Position numbers and translations under genes: made by a program. DNA of 64,000 nt from Oopsacas minuta (Eukaryota > Animalia > Porifera): assembly GCA_024704765.1 (NCBI GenBank), contig JAKMXF010000025.1:1-64000 (forward strand). Reading direction: 5' to 3'. The notes beneath the pieces were generated by a model, which was given only the letters and a program-made list of their open reading frames with translations, did no database searches and was not told the origin of the DNA. Below are positions 52,706 to 64,000 of this stretch, piece after piece (the stretch's first letter is position 1; each line of letters begins with the position of its first letter).

Positions 52706-54572
52706 AAAGATGTCCCATTCATAGTTGATCTGGTATACAACTCCAAGCTCCAATCCCACGGTAGCTGAATTCATCTTCGCCGTACTGTTCAAGCTGTTGT
52801 CTGCAGTGAGGGACAAAAGCAGTGTCAAATATCTAGAAACTGGTTAGAACAGCGGGCTCGGGAAAAGCGGTCGATCTCCTTTAAAATCTTTTTACAGTAG
52901 CCGGATTCCAACGATTCTTTTTGGTCCTTGTGCTAGTCAGTAAGTTAATTGAACCAGTTGAGTATTGTACCTGTAGACTTCACCGTGGATTCTCCCATTA
53001 GAACGGCGGGTGGTTTTGTCCTAGAAATTACATTTTGTCCAAAATGAAATTTTCTTTCAATTATTATTAGACTTAAAAATTTAACCATAGAGGCATAACT
53101 TGATTTTACATTAATTAAACGTAAGCATTTCCAAAGAGCTCAGACTACATTCTTGTACTTTCGTGTATGCATAGGGTTAGTTCCAAAGGGGCCCATCGGG
53201 AAATCCCCGATGGCCAGGCCGCCACTACACCGAGATCAACACGATACTTCAGCGGCCAGTGCTCCTGCTAGCGCATCCGAGCAAGAGAGTTCTCAACTTC
53301 TGACAAGATGTGCATCTCACAAAGATCCACTGTATGCTGAACCTGCGCGAAATTCAGGTCAGCGACTGGAATAGTTTGAACAGGGCAGAAAAGAGGGTAA
53401 AAAAACAGTTGAACAATTGCAGACACAAGAAAAGTTGATGTTTTCGTCTTGCTCAGCTGACCTGTGGTAGTAAGATCAGCGCGCTCGATTGGAAAGCACT
53501 CTAGTGCCGCCAAACTGCTGTAATTTCAGACAAGCCAACAACAACATTGTGGTCGCACGATCGCATTGCCAACACGTAATGGAGGTTCGGATGGGCTGCC
53601 TCTGCTTGGTAGAGTACTGTGCCTGGGCTGGATCTCTACAAGTATTTAGCGCAAAGGAGAACAAGCGAAAACTTCCACAGATGAATGAGCAAGCCTGGAT
53701 AATCGAAAGTCCAAATGAAGAACTTCTTTTCTGAAACAAAAACGAAAAGAATTGTTCTGATGAGGATGGGTTCAAGTTCAAGAGTACATCGAAAAATTGA
53801 CAGATAATGAAAAGCCTAGTCACCAATCAAATTAGTACCACTAATAAGTACTATTCAATTGACAATTTAGGTGACATCGTTAGGACTAAATATATCAATA
53901 TAATGTGCCATTATATATTTCTAACAACACCTAGATAATAAAACAGATAATGACCTCATAAATTATCAATTTGTCTCTAACACGAATCTCAATTGAGTTG
54001 GAACAATTCTGATGCAATTTCTGAACTCTATGGGTATGAAATATCCTGGGTTTAATATTACGAAAGATTAAGAACAAAGTTGTATCCGTTATCAACATAA
54101 TAATTATTGTACTACACATGACATATGTGGCACATCAATAGGATATTGGAACACCGCTGTATATTTGATCAACAACTAATGAATCTTTAGTGCAGCTATA
54201 AGGAGATGCTATGATGGCATGGACAATGTGCGACGTCCGTCCGTTTGCGGGGCCATTCAAACTTAGCTGTCCGATTATCATGAAAAATTTGTCATATACG
54301 TATATTATAATTATGGATCGGAGATATGCACTTCGGGTATGAAATCTTTTCTAAAGAGAAAATTTCACACCTTTTTGCTGAATATAACCTAAACAAATAA
54401 TCCTGAGCTGTACTACCTGTCAAGCTGGCCATTTTTTTTAATTATAAATTATTGTTGGATCTTGCATCATGAAGAATTAATGATAGATAAGAATAGTAAC
54501 AGTAATGAGAAAGAAATCGAATTAAAAGCATACAGAAAAGATCAGAGTGAAACTTAGGTTAAATAAAATGAA

Positions 54573-55120
54573 TTAAATCAGCTCATTGAAAAGTCGAACT
54601 GATTGGATAATTTCACACCTACAAGTTGTACATCTCTTGATACCAAAAGAAACTATTTGTATGACACAATCGCTGCACAGGTTACCATGTCCATAAGGAA
54701 CTAAAACATGGTTTCTTGCCTGATTTGTAATAATACCACGCACTGTTTTGTATGTTCTGTTAGAACTTCATCTTCATTAGTCTGGTCGAGAGACACATTT
54801 TCTAAATCGCTTTCTAGATACCACGGGATCAAATGAAAAAATAGATTGAGGCTTGTCTAAATGGAGTTAGAAACATTTGCTTGGACTAGAAGACACTCAA
54901 TTTTGCCACTTTGTCATTTCATATGAAGTGGCGCTTACATTAACATATTTGGTTGGTGCACATAGGGCACAAATTATAGTGTCAATAACTCAGCCTCTTT
55001 TGTTCCTAACCTTTCCAAAATTTGATTCAGGGTAATTCAGACCCCAAGAATTAAGAGATGGCATCAAAATCACTCCATCTCAATTGGAATTCGTGCTAGA
55101 AACAATTTGATAATATATGA
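54573..55120 (-). pseudogene. Decayed gene with a C-terminal C3HC4 RING finger and an upstream CxxC (BED-like) finger
   Basis: Frame-joined QCVV.LQIR..NHVLVPYGHGNLCSDC...KRCTTCRCEIIQSVRLF* at 54573-54745; upstream NSWGLNY...FGKV...IICALCAPTKYV. Confidence 0.6.
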
Positions 55121-55179
55121 AGTCTTTAGCAATTAAAATTAACTAGTTGTTGCTAGAAAATATACAATGGGTAAATACT

Positions 55180-55397
55180 GTATTTCCCTGAAAAGCGCCT
55201 GGGAGGTTATTCTTATCGTGCATTTCTTTAGAATTTTGGAAATACCAGTGATTTTGAGAACCTAATTATCCCAATTTGTTGCATAATCAATTGAGGAGAA
55301 ATTTCATTAAACAATTATATTCTTGATGATGGTAATGAATTTTGTTAAAAGGTTTGGAGCCTTTTTTAGTAACCGCCGCTTATTCAAGGAAATGCGG
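55180..55397. mobile_element. TA-flanked pogo-type MITE
   Basis: ta|ctgtatttccctgaaaagcgcc ... gccgcttattcaaggaaatgcgg|ta. Confidence 0.55.
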
Positions 55398-55820
55398 TAC
55401 GCTATTGACAGATTTAGTCCCAAGATGTCAACTAACATAATTTCATAGGTTTATCAAGTATATTATCGTATACATACGAAATTGTGCGGCCTATCCCCCG
55501 TAGCAATAATTAAAAATTGGTGGTATCAAATAGTTACAACTGATTTAGTGTATATTACTTAATTACTTCGATTTGCCTAAAAGTTGTCTTACTGAAACGA
55601 AACATGGTTTTCATTATTCACTGAGCAAACTTGCAGTACAAGGAATTATGAGCCTCTAAAATTGCTAATCCGGCCCTCGCTAACGGGTCCGATATCCAAA
55701 AACTAACGTAGATGTTTCCGCTGGAATTAACGTACATAATAAACGCGACATACTGTCAGGGTTCTGATGTCAGTTGATTCATTAATCATCGATGACCAGA
55801 ATATGCTTATATTCGCCTGA

Positions 55821-55854
55821 GAATGATCTGACCATTGGCATGGTCAGATCATTC
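55821..55854. repeat. Perfect hairpin (15-bp stem, 4-nt loop)
   Basis: gaatgatctgaccat-tggc-atggtcagatcattc. Confidence 0.85.
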
Positions 55855-58800
55855 CAGTCAGATAAATTTCTAATAGCAGTACTATAAGTGTATTTGAAGG
55901 CACGCAACTTCTAGCTTTCTCCAACGACCTTAATCAAGGCCTGGAGCGATTCCAGTTTGTAATCGGCGATCTTTTCTTTGACAAACTAGTATCTTATGCG
56001 AACAAGTTCCGCAACAGTCACATCGTAACACTTCACTCGTTATAAGCCCTGGTGGAGCGCTGCATTTTGACGAATGTGTTGAGTCTCTTTATGAGCATCC
56101 GACTCTAGGTGCTATGAGAGCAGGAGCTTGCATTTAGGAATGCAGAAAGGGGCTTGGAAGTAATTAAAGAGGGAATTTCTATTTCTATAGGCTAGACAAG
56201 CGAAAATAATAGGGGCACCGGGCCCACCAGTTAGGCCAATAGCTACCATAGTGCACAGAGGGCATGTACCCCAGGGGTGGTCAAGGGAGGTGAGGGTTTC
56301 TAGAGGCTGGAGAGCCTCCACCGTTGCAGACAGAATTGGAAGAAATACCTGTGTATCCAAACAGCGTAGCCAAAACCGTCTAAGGCAAGTTTGCTAATAG
56401 AGAGTGCTACCTGTATCTAAATAAACGAGTGCACTGCAGGTTTGTCAACACTTGGTGTTCTTGTTAAACTCTGCACTTAATGACTCGAATTATATCTCTA
56501 GGCGTACGAAAATTAGGCCAACCCTCCTATGCCGTAATACAAAAATATCTAGCCTAGGAGTATGAAAATAATGATTCAGTTTTAGGCGTATGACTCTGAA
56601 AACTTGGATGAAGCCCTGTACTAGACATCGTCCCAATAATAATGTTATATCGTATTGGGCAACAAGAATAAACACATTGTAGTAACATTTGTATGGAAAT
56701 TTAGATATGCTGAATAGATTTGTCTGGACAGAGTACACCATCCAATTCGCTACTTCAATATGTTTACAGGTTTAATGTATGAAAAGATAAAAAATATATC
56801 AAAAGAAAGGAGACAGCCATTCTTTGCTAACTTTAATGTGAATATTCACAATTTGTTAATCGGCGTCCTCGATTATTAGTGAATCAACCCTATAATTGCA
56901 GCTATAACTATTGTGTAATAATGCTTCTGATTGTATTGACTAGCACGGTTTGCATGTTGTCTTGAAATCTAAGTAGGATACCGCACTATTCTCACTAACC
57001 TGCAATCTGTCCGTTCACAAATTTGGTGTTCGCAGCAATTTTGAGCAACCTACCCCGAAAAAGCGAGGAATGCATCTATACATAAATGCCAAATTATAGT
57101 TCCAAAGTGGCCGCCAATTTGGATAAATAAGAATCCCTCGATGCGGCAAATTAAGAAGCGATGAGCAGAAGACTCGCAATGACTTAATGATCCCATTATG
57201 AGTATGCATGTGGTAAAATGATTACCTCAATACCGTTAGCGTATTGAGGCGTACCTGTGGTTAAATTTCCAAACTTCTATCATGTTTATTGGTTGAGAAG
57301 TGGTAGTAATGCGATTTTTCGAAATCAAGAATTTGAGAAATACAATTTCTCCTAGCAATGTATAATCATTGAGGCACAAATGCCGTAAATCAGTCATGGG
57401 GCCTCCAGTTTCCATAATAAATTATGTACATACATACTACTAGCATAAATATAATATGCTAGGATGACGTAAAACTTTCAAACATTGAATTTCAAAAATA
57501 TACCAACATTTCGCAAATTGGATGATCAATAACTTTCTGCACAATCTACCCATAATTGACCTCCTTCTGGGAAAATAAAGAAATTATAACTTTCCTTCTT
57601 CAATTCACTAAATAAACTATTAGAATCGATCTTCAATTTCTCATACACTGTTAAATCAGAGGCCCATGATGCCCGTACTATGCAATGAGGAGCCTATCGT
57701 CTCGTATTCTTATTCAAATGCCAGTACATCTATGGTAGCAAATGATGAAAATGAAGTTAAACAGTCAGTCTACACTCGTAGTTACATCCTTAAGTAGACC
57801 TAATTAATGATGCTCTCTAAAATATAGGTGGCTTACTATACCTAAAACCCACTTAAAATTCTTCATCTAAGCAAGGGATACTTACTATTCATTTCAACGC
57901 AGGGTTTCTAGTCAAAGTATCTCTGACAATAAACTGTATGTTACAGTAGTCTTTCCATTATAAATAGCTTGTCTCTTGCCAGACTTATTGGAGGAATACA
58001 CCTTTCAATAACATAATCCACAAATTTATTAAGATAAGCAATGCCACATATCTTGGAATCAGAACCTGGAAAGAACTGTTGTGTGAGGAAATTACTATCA
58101 TAAGCTTACTTAAAAAGTTTATCATCAACTTTACATTGCTTGGTTATTCAAAAAAACATGAACTACGAGATGAAGAACTTCAGTTTTCGTTAATGAATAA
58201 ATAATTAATACATTTCATTGTTAGTGATGTGTAGCTTGATTTGGGGTGAGCGGCCTCTGGATTGGTGGTCTCTATGCCGTCAATGATAAGAAGGATAAAT
58301 ATTACACAAGTACAAGGGAAAACGAGAGGATAGAAGAGGTCAAATTATATAAAGTGCCAAAGGGTACAAAGGTGTTTGAGGATAGTAGAGTGTAAACAAT
58401 ACGAGTATCCACAATTGGATAAATATCATAAAGATAGTAAGATCAAATGAGAAATCAGAAAATCAGAAAAGATCAAGGAATATAAGATAAGTTCAAAAAT
58501 AATTAATAAAAATCGAGAAATAGAAATATGGATATGTAAAGAAAGCAATAACAGTGAAAATAGCATAATGCAAGATAAAAACTCTCCAGCTGAAAGCAGT
58601 GTAGCTCAGAGTTATGCTTTTGTTATTTTCAGAAGGGGCAGCCCCCCTGATCGCCCGATGTAGATGCCGCAAGACGTCAGACCCTAACTGATATTGGGCT
58701 CCTGGATCTGAAGGATATTTCAGGATATTCAATACTATTAGTCTACTACTAATCTTTTTGTCCTCAGAATCCTATGGCTAAAATTATATAATAATTCTGC

Positions 58801-59519
58801 AATTTCACCCTGTCTAACTTTTGAAACGAAATCACTAGCATCAATTTGAAATATGCGCAAAAAGGTGGAAAATATGATTAATGATAGGATTGTCATTGAG
58901 TGACAGATTTGAAGATGTCAAAATTGGTATCATGTAATTATTTACCCCTGACTAGCATTTGAAATGAAATCTCTAGGATGATTCCAATAATATGCAAGAA
59001 GGTATGAAATAAGATTAATCATATGATAAAGCAGGTAGATATAGATGTGAAATCTACATACTCGATACATTTGAGAATCTACATACTTGACTTAATAGAT
59101 GAAAATGAAAAGTGCGACAAGTGAAATAAACATGTAGCTATAAAGGACATGCTATATTTGAGTATAGTACCCTGAACTGTATATTTAGGTACTTAGTTCG
59201 ACTAAATTACACGGAAATCAGCTAATTTTTCAAAATATAATATTTCAAAAAGTAATTAATTTTATAAAAGATATTCTATACACATAATCCACCAACCCTC
59301 AATAGTAACCAGAAAATAAAGTATATCAAAATACTACTGAGAAGCCGGTAGATAATACATTATAGTTGACTTTTGGAAAAATTTTCAAAACCTAATGCTA
59401 AGTCCTCACACATATTTTTACAATTCTAATGACATTTTCGTAATCCACCAACGCTATACTATCGAATAATAACAAGTTTCCTTCTCTGCCATACGGAAGT
59501 CAATCAAATATACGATTGA

Positions 59520-60000
59520 AGTGAACACGTTTTGTTTGTAGAGCACAATATTATAAACCATTATATGCTAAAACATTCGAGAAATATGTCTAGTAAGCAT
59601 TTATTTAGTAAATATGTTATGCTTTGAACCCTTGTAGATCGTAAATACCTCGTCCTTCATTTCACAGATTATATATTAAATGAGCGATAGATTTATAAAA
59701 AAAGTTAACGGTAGAGACAAGGGTACTCACATATTTATTAATATCTAATTATGACATAATAATTGTTAAAATTGCTCATAATTCAGGACAACTAATTTTT
59801 GGCATTTTGTATAAAATCTATCGATCATTAAATATATAATCTATGAAATGAAAGACGCAGTATTTTACGCTCTATAGCGCATCAAAGAATGACATATTTT
59901 ACAAATTTTGCCACATTCCCGAAATATTTTAGCTTATAATGCTTGATAAATTGTGGCTCTCTAAATTTGCAATACAGCTATTTTGGCAAAAAACAACGTA
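59520..60000. mobile_element. Foldback/MITE with imperfect inverted arms
   Basis: cattatatgctaaaacatt...ttcatttcacagattatatattaaatgagcgatagatttata mirrored by tataaaatctatcgatcattaaatatataatctatgaaatgaa...tattttagcttataatg. Confidence 0.65.
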
Positions 60001-60811
60001 AAGAGATAATCTTTAAATATTCTGAGTGAATTTCTTAATTCAATAAGGAAGTGGTGTGAATAAATTACAGCCAAAACAGGAATGGCCACATGGAGAATAT
60101 GTTCACAAAAAGGGGATAAGGAATGGAATGACCCTATAAAGACTTTCAGAATCGAATTTTAACAGTAAATATAAGGAAGTGCCAACCCTAAAAACTGCAA
60201 CGTAAAAACTAGATGAGAATAAAATATTATAAAACAAAATGTATTGCTTAAACCGTCAATCACTCCTGGAATGAACAATACCAATTTCGTTAAATTCTAA
60301 ATGGCAAGAAGTGAATCAAATAGGTAATTGAAGTCAGGCCCTTTTCTGGGTGCGCTTCCTTCGGTAAATATTTATGAGGGTGCGGGAAAAATGACCTATT
60401 TCAGGTGCTATCCCCATGTTCATAATACATTAGGGTGCGGGGGTTGCCTATCTCTTGGTTAACACTCATGGAGCAGTTTATGTATATTTCTCGAAGAAAT
60501 GTAATTGTTTGTTACTGTTCTGCGTAAACATATAAATACTTATCGGAGTTACGACATGTTGTAGAATGTAGATAATAGTGCGCTCATATAAATATATAGT
60601 AGTTAAATTAAATCGACTCAGCTTAAGTTGAGACACGCTTGTTCAAACAATTGTGCCCCAATTATGAACAAGGATTTTTCTATTCAAACTTCCCAAATCA
60701 ATAGGAAAAACATCGAGAATTTTAACCAAAAGGTGTCAAATTGATACAGATCGATAAATCCAAGGAATATCTGCAGTTGTAGAAGGACCATAATATTATC
60801 AGCCTTGATAA

Positions 60812-62016
60812 CACTGGACAACATTTTACAACTTATTTTTTATTCCTTGCTCGTTTCAAGTTTACCTAGACTAATATGGCCATGCTGAATCCAAATCTGG
60901 CCTTAGATTTTTTCTAACACGTCACGTTTTTGAGATATGACATATGCACACAACAACTCGTAATTGTCATTTTGGCTAATTTTGGCTGTGCAGAACAAAA
61001 CATTACGTGTAATAAACACAGTGATTGCTAGTGAAAATAACAGAATTATCATTTTTCACAATCGAACACAACCCAGAATGATTAAACCAGACAAAAATAA
61101 CATTGTATCCTCTCAAAAGTGCTTTATACACTTGCTCTTTCGAGCATGTTCAGTGTCAGTTTCACGCTGGAGAAACCAGCAGTAGTCCCCCATCATGTTT
61201 GGGTTAAATCGACCTCTATACCGCGATTCCATCACGGTATAGAGGTCGAAAATCCAGCAATATTTGTTGTGCAAAAATAACAATCCGACGTATGGTTTTT
61301 AGGTTCTCGCCAATCATAGGTACCGCAAATGGCATGGATTTCTTCTTTCCATCAAGCCATTGGATTAGACTGGTATTGCAGACGGTACAGCAGATGTGAG
61401 GTACCCAGTTCTTGTCTTGGTCACCAACTTTGCAACCAAAGTAATACTTGTAGCCAATCTTGACACGATTGGCAATATTTCTTCCCTGGGGCTTCGGCGT
61501 AAATTTTCCACAAATTTAACAGAAGTTATCTGGGTGGTTCGTGCATTGTCTTCTGCTCGTATTCATTGTAAACAAAAAGCTTAAATACACAATCAGTTAC
61601 AAACTAAAAATTCTGCAAAACAGTAATGTTATTGGTTTATCGATACAGTCTACAATCCACCGCAAATAGGCTAAATAACCCCTCCTTATAGCCATGGCCA
61701 AGAACACTCAAGAATGCATTAATTGTCAAAAGATAGAACATTACATTTACAAAATAATGTTAATATTAACCGTGCATAATATGCATTGTTGACCAACAAT
61801 TCGCTGGGAAAGAAAATTGTACAATAGGCCTAACTTGTACTGTATAGTACCTTATAATATAGTGCCAATCAATGCAAAATCCGAATTTCGTGAATTTTCA
61901 TATCTTGAAATCCTGACGTGATAGACCAATTCTGATTTCAGATTTGGAATCAGCATCCCAAAGTTAGTCTAGGTAATATATTTTCATTTGAGGAATAAAT
62001 TTGATATTGCCCAGTG
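60812..62016 (-). mobile_element. Internally deleted Chapaev3 derivative (second family)
   Basis: Ends cactggacaac / attgcccagtg with TAA TSD at 60809-60811 and 62017-62019. N-terminus MNTSRRQCTNHPDNFC*ICG...GDQDKNWVPH...DCYFC (61260-61570) is joined directly to C-terminus MESRYRGRFNPNMMGDYCW (61120-61235). Confidence 0.9.
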
Positions 62017-63199
62017 TAATTGTACAGAACTGCCCTATTTTTGGCTGGGAGATACGAAATTTTGAAATTTTCTATGAAAATTTCAGTCAAAAAAGTAGAT
62101 AATTTGGCTGAAATTTTAATGAAAGCAACTTTTACGGTTTGCTAAGTCGATTCCTAAGTCGAATTCAATAAATAATCAAATTGGGACAATGCGTCCCTAA
62201 ACTTCTATCATAAATGGAATATATATGGCCTATGGAAATAAGTATAAAAAGATGTATATTGTTTGTGGAATTCAATGTGAAGATCATCAAAATACTTGCG
62301 GAAATTCGAAACAGTTTTCGTTCTTACATAATAGTAAACAATACTCTTTACAAACACCATGGATAATATTCGAAATTATCACATAGTTTTTCCAATTATT
62401 CTGTAATTTTTGGAACTTCATAAATCATCAACCCTCTTAGTTACGTATTGATAATCATAAATCACAAATATAACAAAATTAATGACTTTGGATCAGTCCA
62501 TAATACTTTCTAGACAGCAAAACCATATCCTATAAGACAAAAAGCATAACGGTAACTTGTGGATTTTAAACTAAGGATAGGTTAGCCAATCAAACAAATT
62601 CTATGTGTGTTCGATATTGAAATATTTGTAGAGCTATAAATTATCAACCATATTATGATAAGAAAACACAGGTATATGTCAAATTATGTCTCTTGTAAGC
62701 ATATATTTGGTAAAACATTTCATTATTTGATGCCTTAAAAAACTTTAATATGTGACGTGATCTATAGATACTTTTATCAATATATCAAAAGTTGTCTTAT
62801 TCTTGAGTTAGGATAGAGACCATGGATTACACATATTTATGAATATCCAGCTGTAACTCGATAATGGGTAAAATTGTACTGAAATCAGGATAGCCAATTT
62901 GTAGTAAATATCAGACTTCCACTACACTGATATTACATTTTTCATATAACTCTTACAACTGTGACGTAATGGTGAATATGCAAATATATGGTAATTCTAA
63001 CATAGCGCAATAACCTATAAAGGGAGCCCACTGGAGTATTTATTTAGGATTAGAATAGATTTGGAGGAATATTGATGCTATTTAGCTGTCATTCAGCCTT
63101 AGAACTATAAACAAGACAACAACATAAATATTTATTTACTCAGGAAGATACTCATTTGCATAAATTAAAAAAAGTATTCAACGAACACCCCTTGAGTAT

Positions 63200-63917
63200 T
63201 ATGTACCGCTCCCGCCTTTCTGAAAGCGATCCATGTAGCGAAAAATACTATGGAGAAACTTTTCCGACAGTTCTATCTCCTAACTCAAGGTACAAAACTC
63301 AATAAATCCTTTTCCATGAAGGAATCTTTTCACCAGTCAATACGTAGCAAGTTAATGCACGCGTTTACCTAAGTGCTGCGGCCAACAAAAAGTCCCAGTT
63401 CAGCAGTCATAAAGGTCATAAAATTCCAGTTCAAGCAGCCATGAAGGTCATAAGGTGCCAACCGTGAGACTAAAATTTGTACACGCTAAATGTATTGACG
63501 GCCAAACAAGTGCCATCCCTAAAGAGCCCCTGCTAGAAAAGTGTCAGCCCAGAAGTTACTGGATAAACCCATGGATTCATCCTGCTTTCTGAACCATACG
63601 ACTAAAATGTTCCCCCTCATATAAACGCGCGCCTACATTAGTATTGCGGTATGGGTGTCGTGCCCGAATTGGCGTTCGCATACGCCTGGATGAAACCCTG
63701 GTCAATAGTCACTGGAGCTAGATCTGGACTATAAGCAAGGTAGGTGAGGTAGACATCAGTTGTTAGAACACTAACGTGGGGCCTAGCATCATCATATTGG
63801 AGAGCTTTTCTGCTTAGTTTCCCACGCCTATCACACTTGATGACTGCCCGAAGCTCCTCCAATTCCGTCACCTATTCGCCATTGATATACGTCATCAGAA
63901 GATAACATCTGACGACG
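63200..63917 (-). pseudogene. Old mariner transposase remnant interrupted by a non-autonomous hAT-like insert
   Basis: INGE..ELEELRAVIKCDRRGKL, DDARPH, AYSPDLAP(S)DY|LVKRFLHGKGF; similar to 11741-12019. Confidence 0.75.
63344..63700. mobile_element. Non-autonomous hAT-like insertion
   Basis: 8-bp TSD gtcaatac / gtcaatag; right end reverse complement cagggtttcatccagg; removing it restores the mariner frame. Left TIR is degenerate. Confidence 0.55.
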
Positions 63918-63919
63918 TA

Positions 63920-64000
63920 TCAGGGCGTTCAATAAGTCTTGCGGATCATGATATATCTTAGGAATTAGTCAAGTAATATAGCTAACTTTCATATATTATA
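63920..64000 (+). mobile_element. 5' end of another copy of the 2489-3822 Mariner
   Basis: ta|tcagggcgttcaataagtcttgcggatcatgatatatcttaggaattagtcaagtaatatagctaactttcatatattata is nearly identical to 2489-2570. Confidence 0.93.

Noticed and set aside
55900-57260. Coding-like, higher-GC fragments (possible retroelement remnants)
   Set aside because: No frame gives a diagnostic motif; too decayed to classify by eye.
57680-58750. Possible LINE fragments
   Set aside because: Only vague resemblance; no RT or endonuclease motif could be recovered.
62200-63050. Possible third Mutator-like remnant
   Set aside because: All frames are stop-rich and no LHLDATG, PLW or WF motif was found.

Overview
AT-rich eukaryotic (invertebrate-like) genomic DNA. 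I find no convincing host gene. The window is almost entirely nested, mostly decayed DNA transposons. Elements with ends and target-site duplications (TSDs) readable in the sequence: two DD34D mariners, a DD37E Tc1-like element, a Harbinger, a near-intact RAG1-like Transib (8121-11347), two Chapaev3 elements, an hAT, a pogo/Tigger element, and a 6-kb Mutator (NOF/Rehavkus-like) element with ~450-bp terminal inverted repeats (TIRs) and a C-terminal OTU protease domain. Partial remnants: a second Transib, a second NOF-like element ending in a PHD-like finger, piggyBac, maT and LINE endonuclease fragments, a RING-finger pseudogene, and many MITEs/foldbacks. The most notable structures are (1) the Transib, whose ends are RSS-like heptamers plus a shared 13-bp block at 16-nt versus 7-nt spacing; (2) the Mutator-OTU versus Mutator-PHD module difference; (3) a ~0.5-kb palindromic MITE (2367-11506) that has taken up four transposons from four different families; (4) an orphan ORF with a SOCS-box-like motif, split by pogo and hAT insertions. 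Family calls come from motif recognition by eye; no database search was run.
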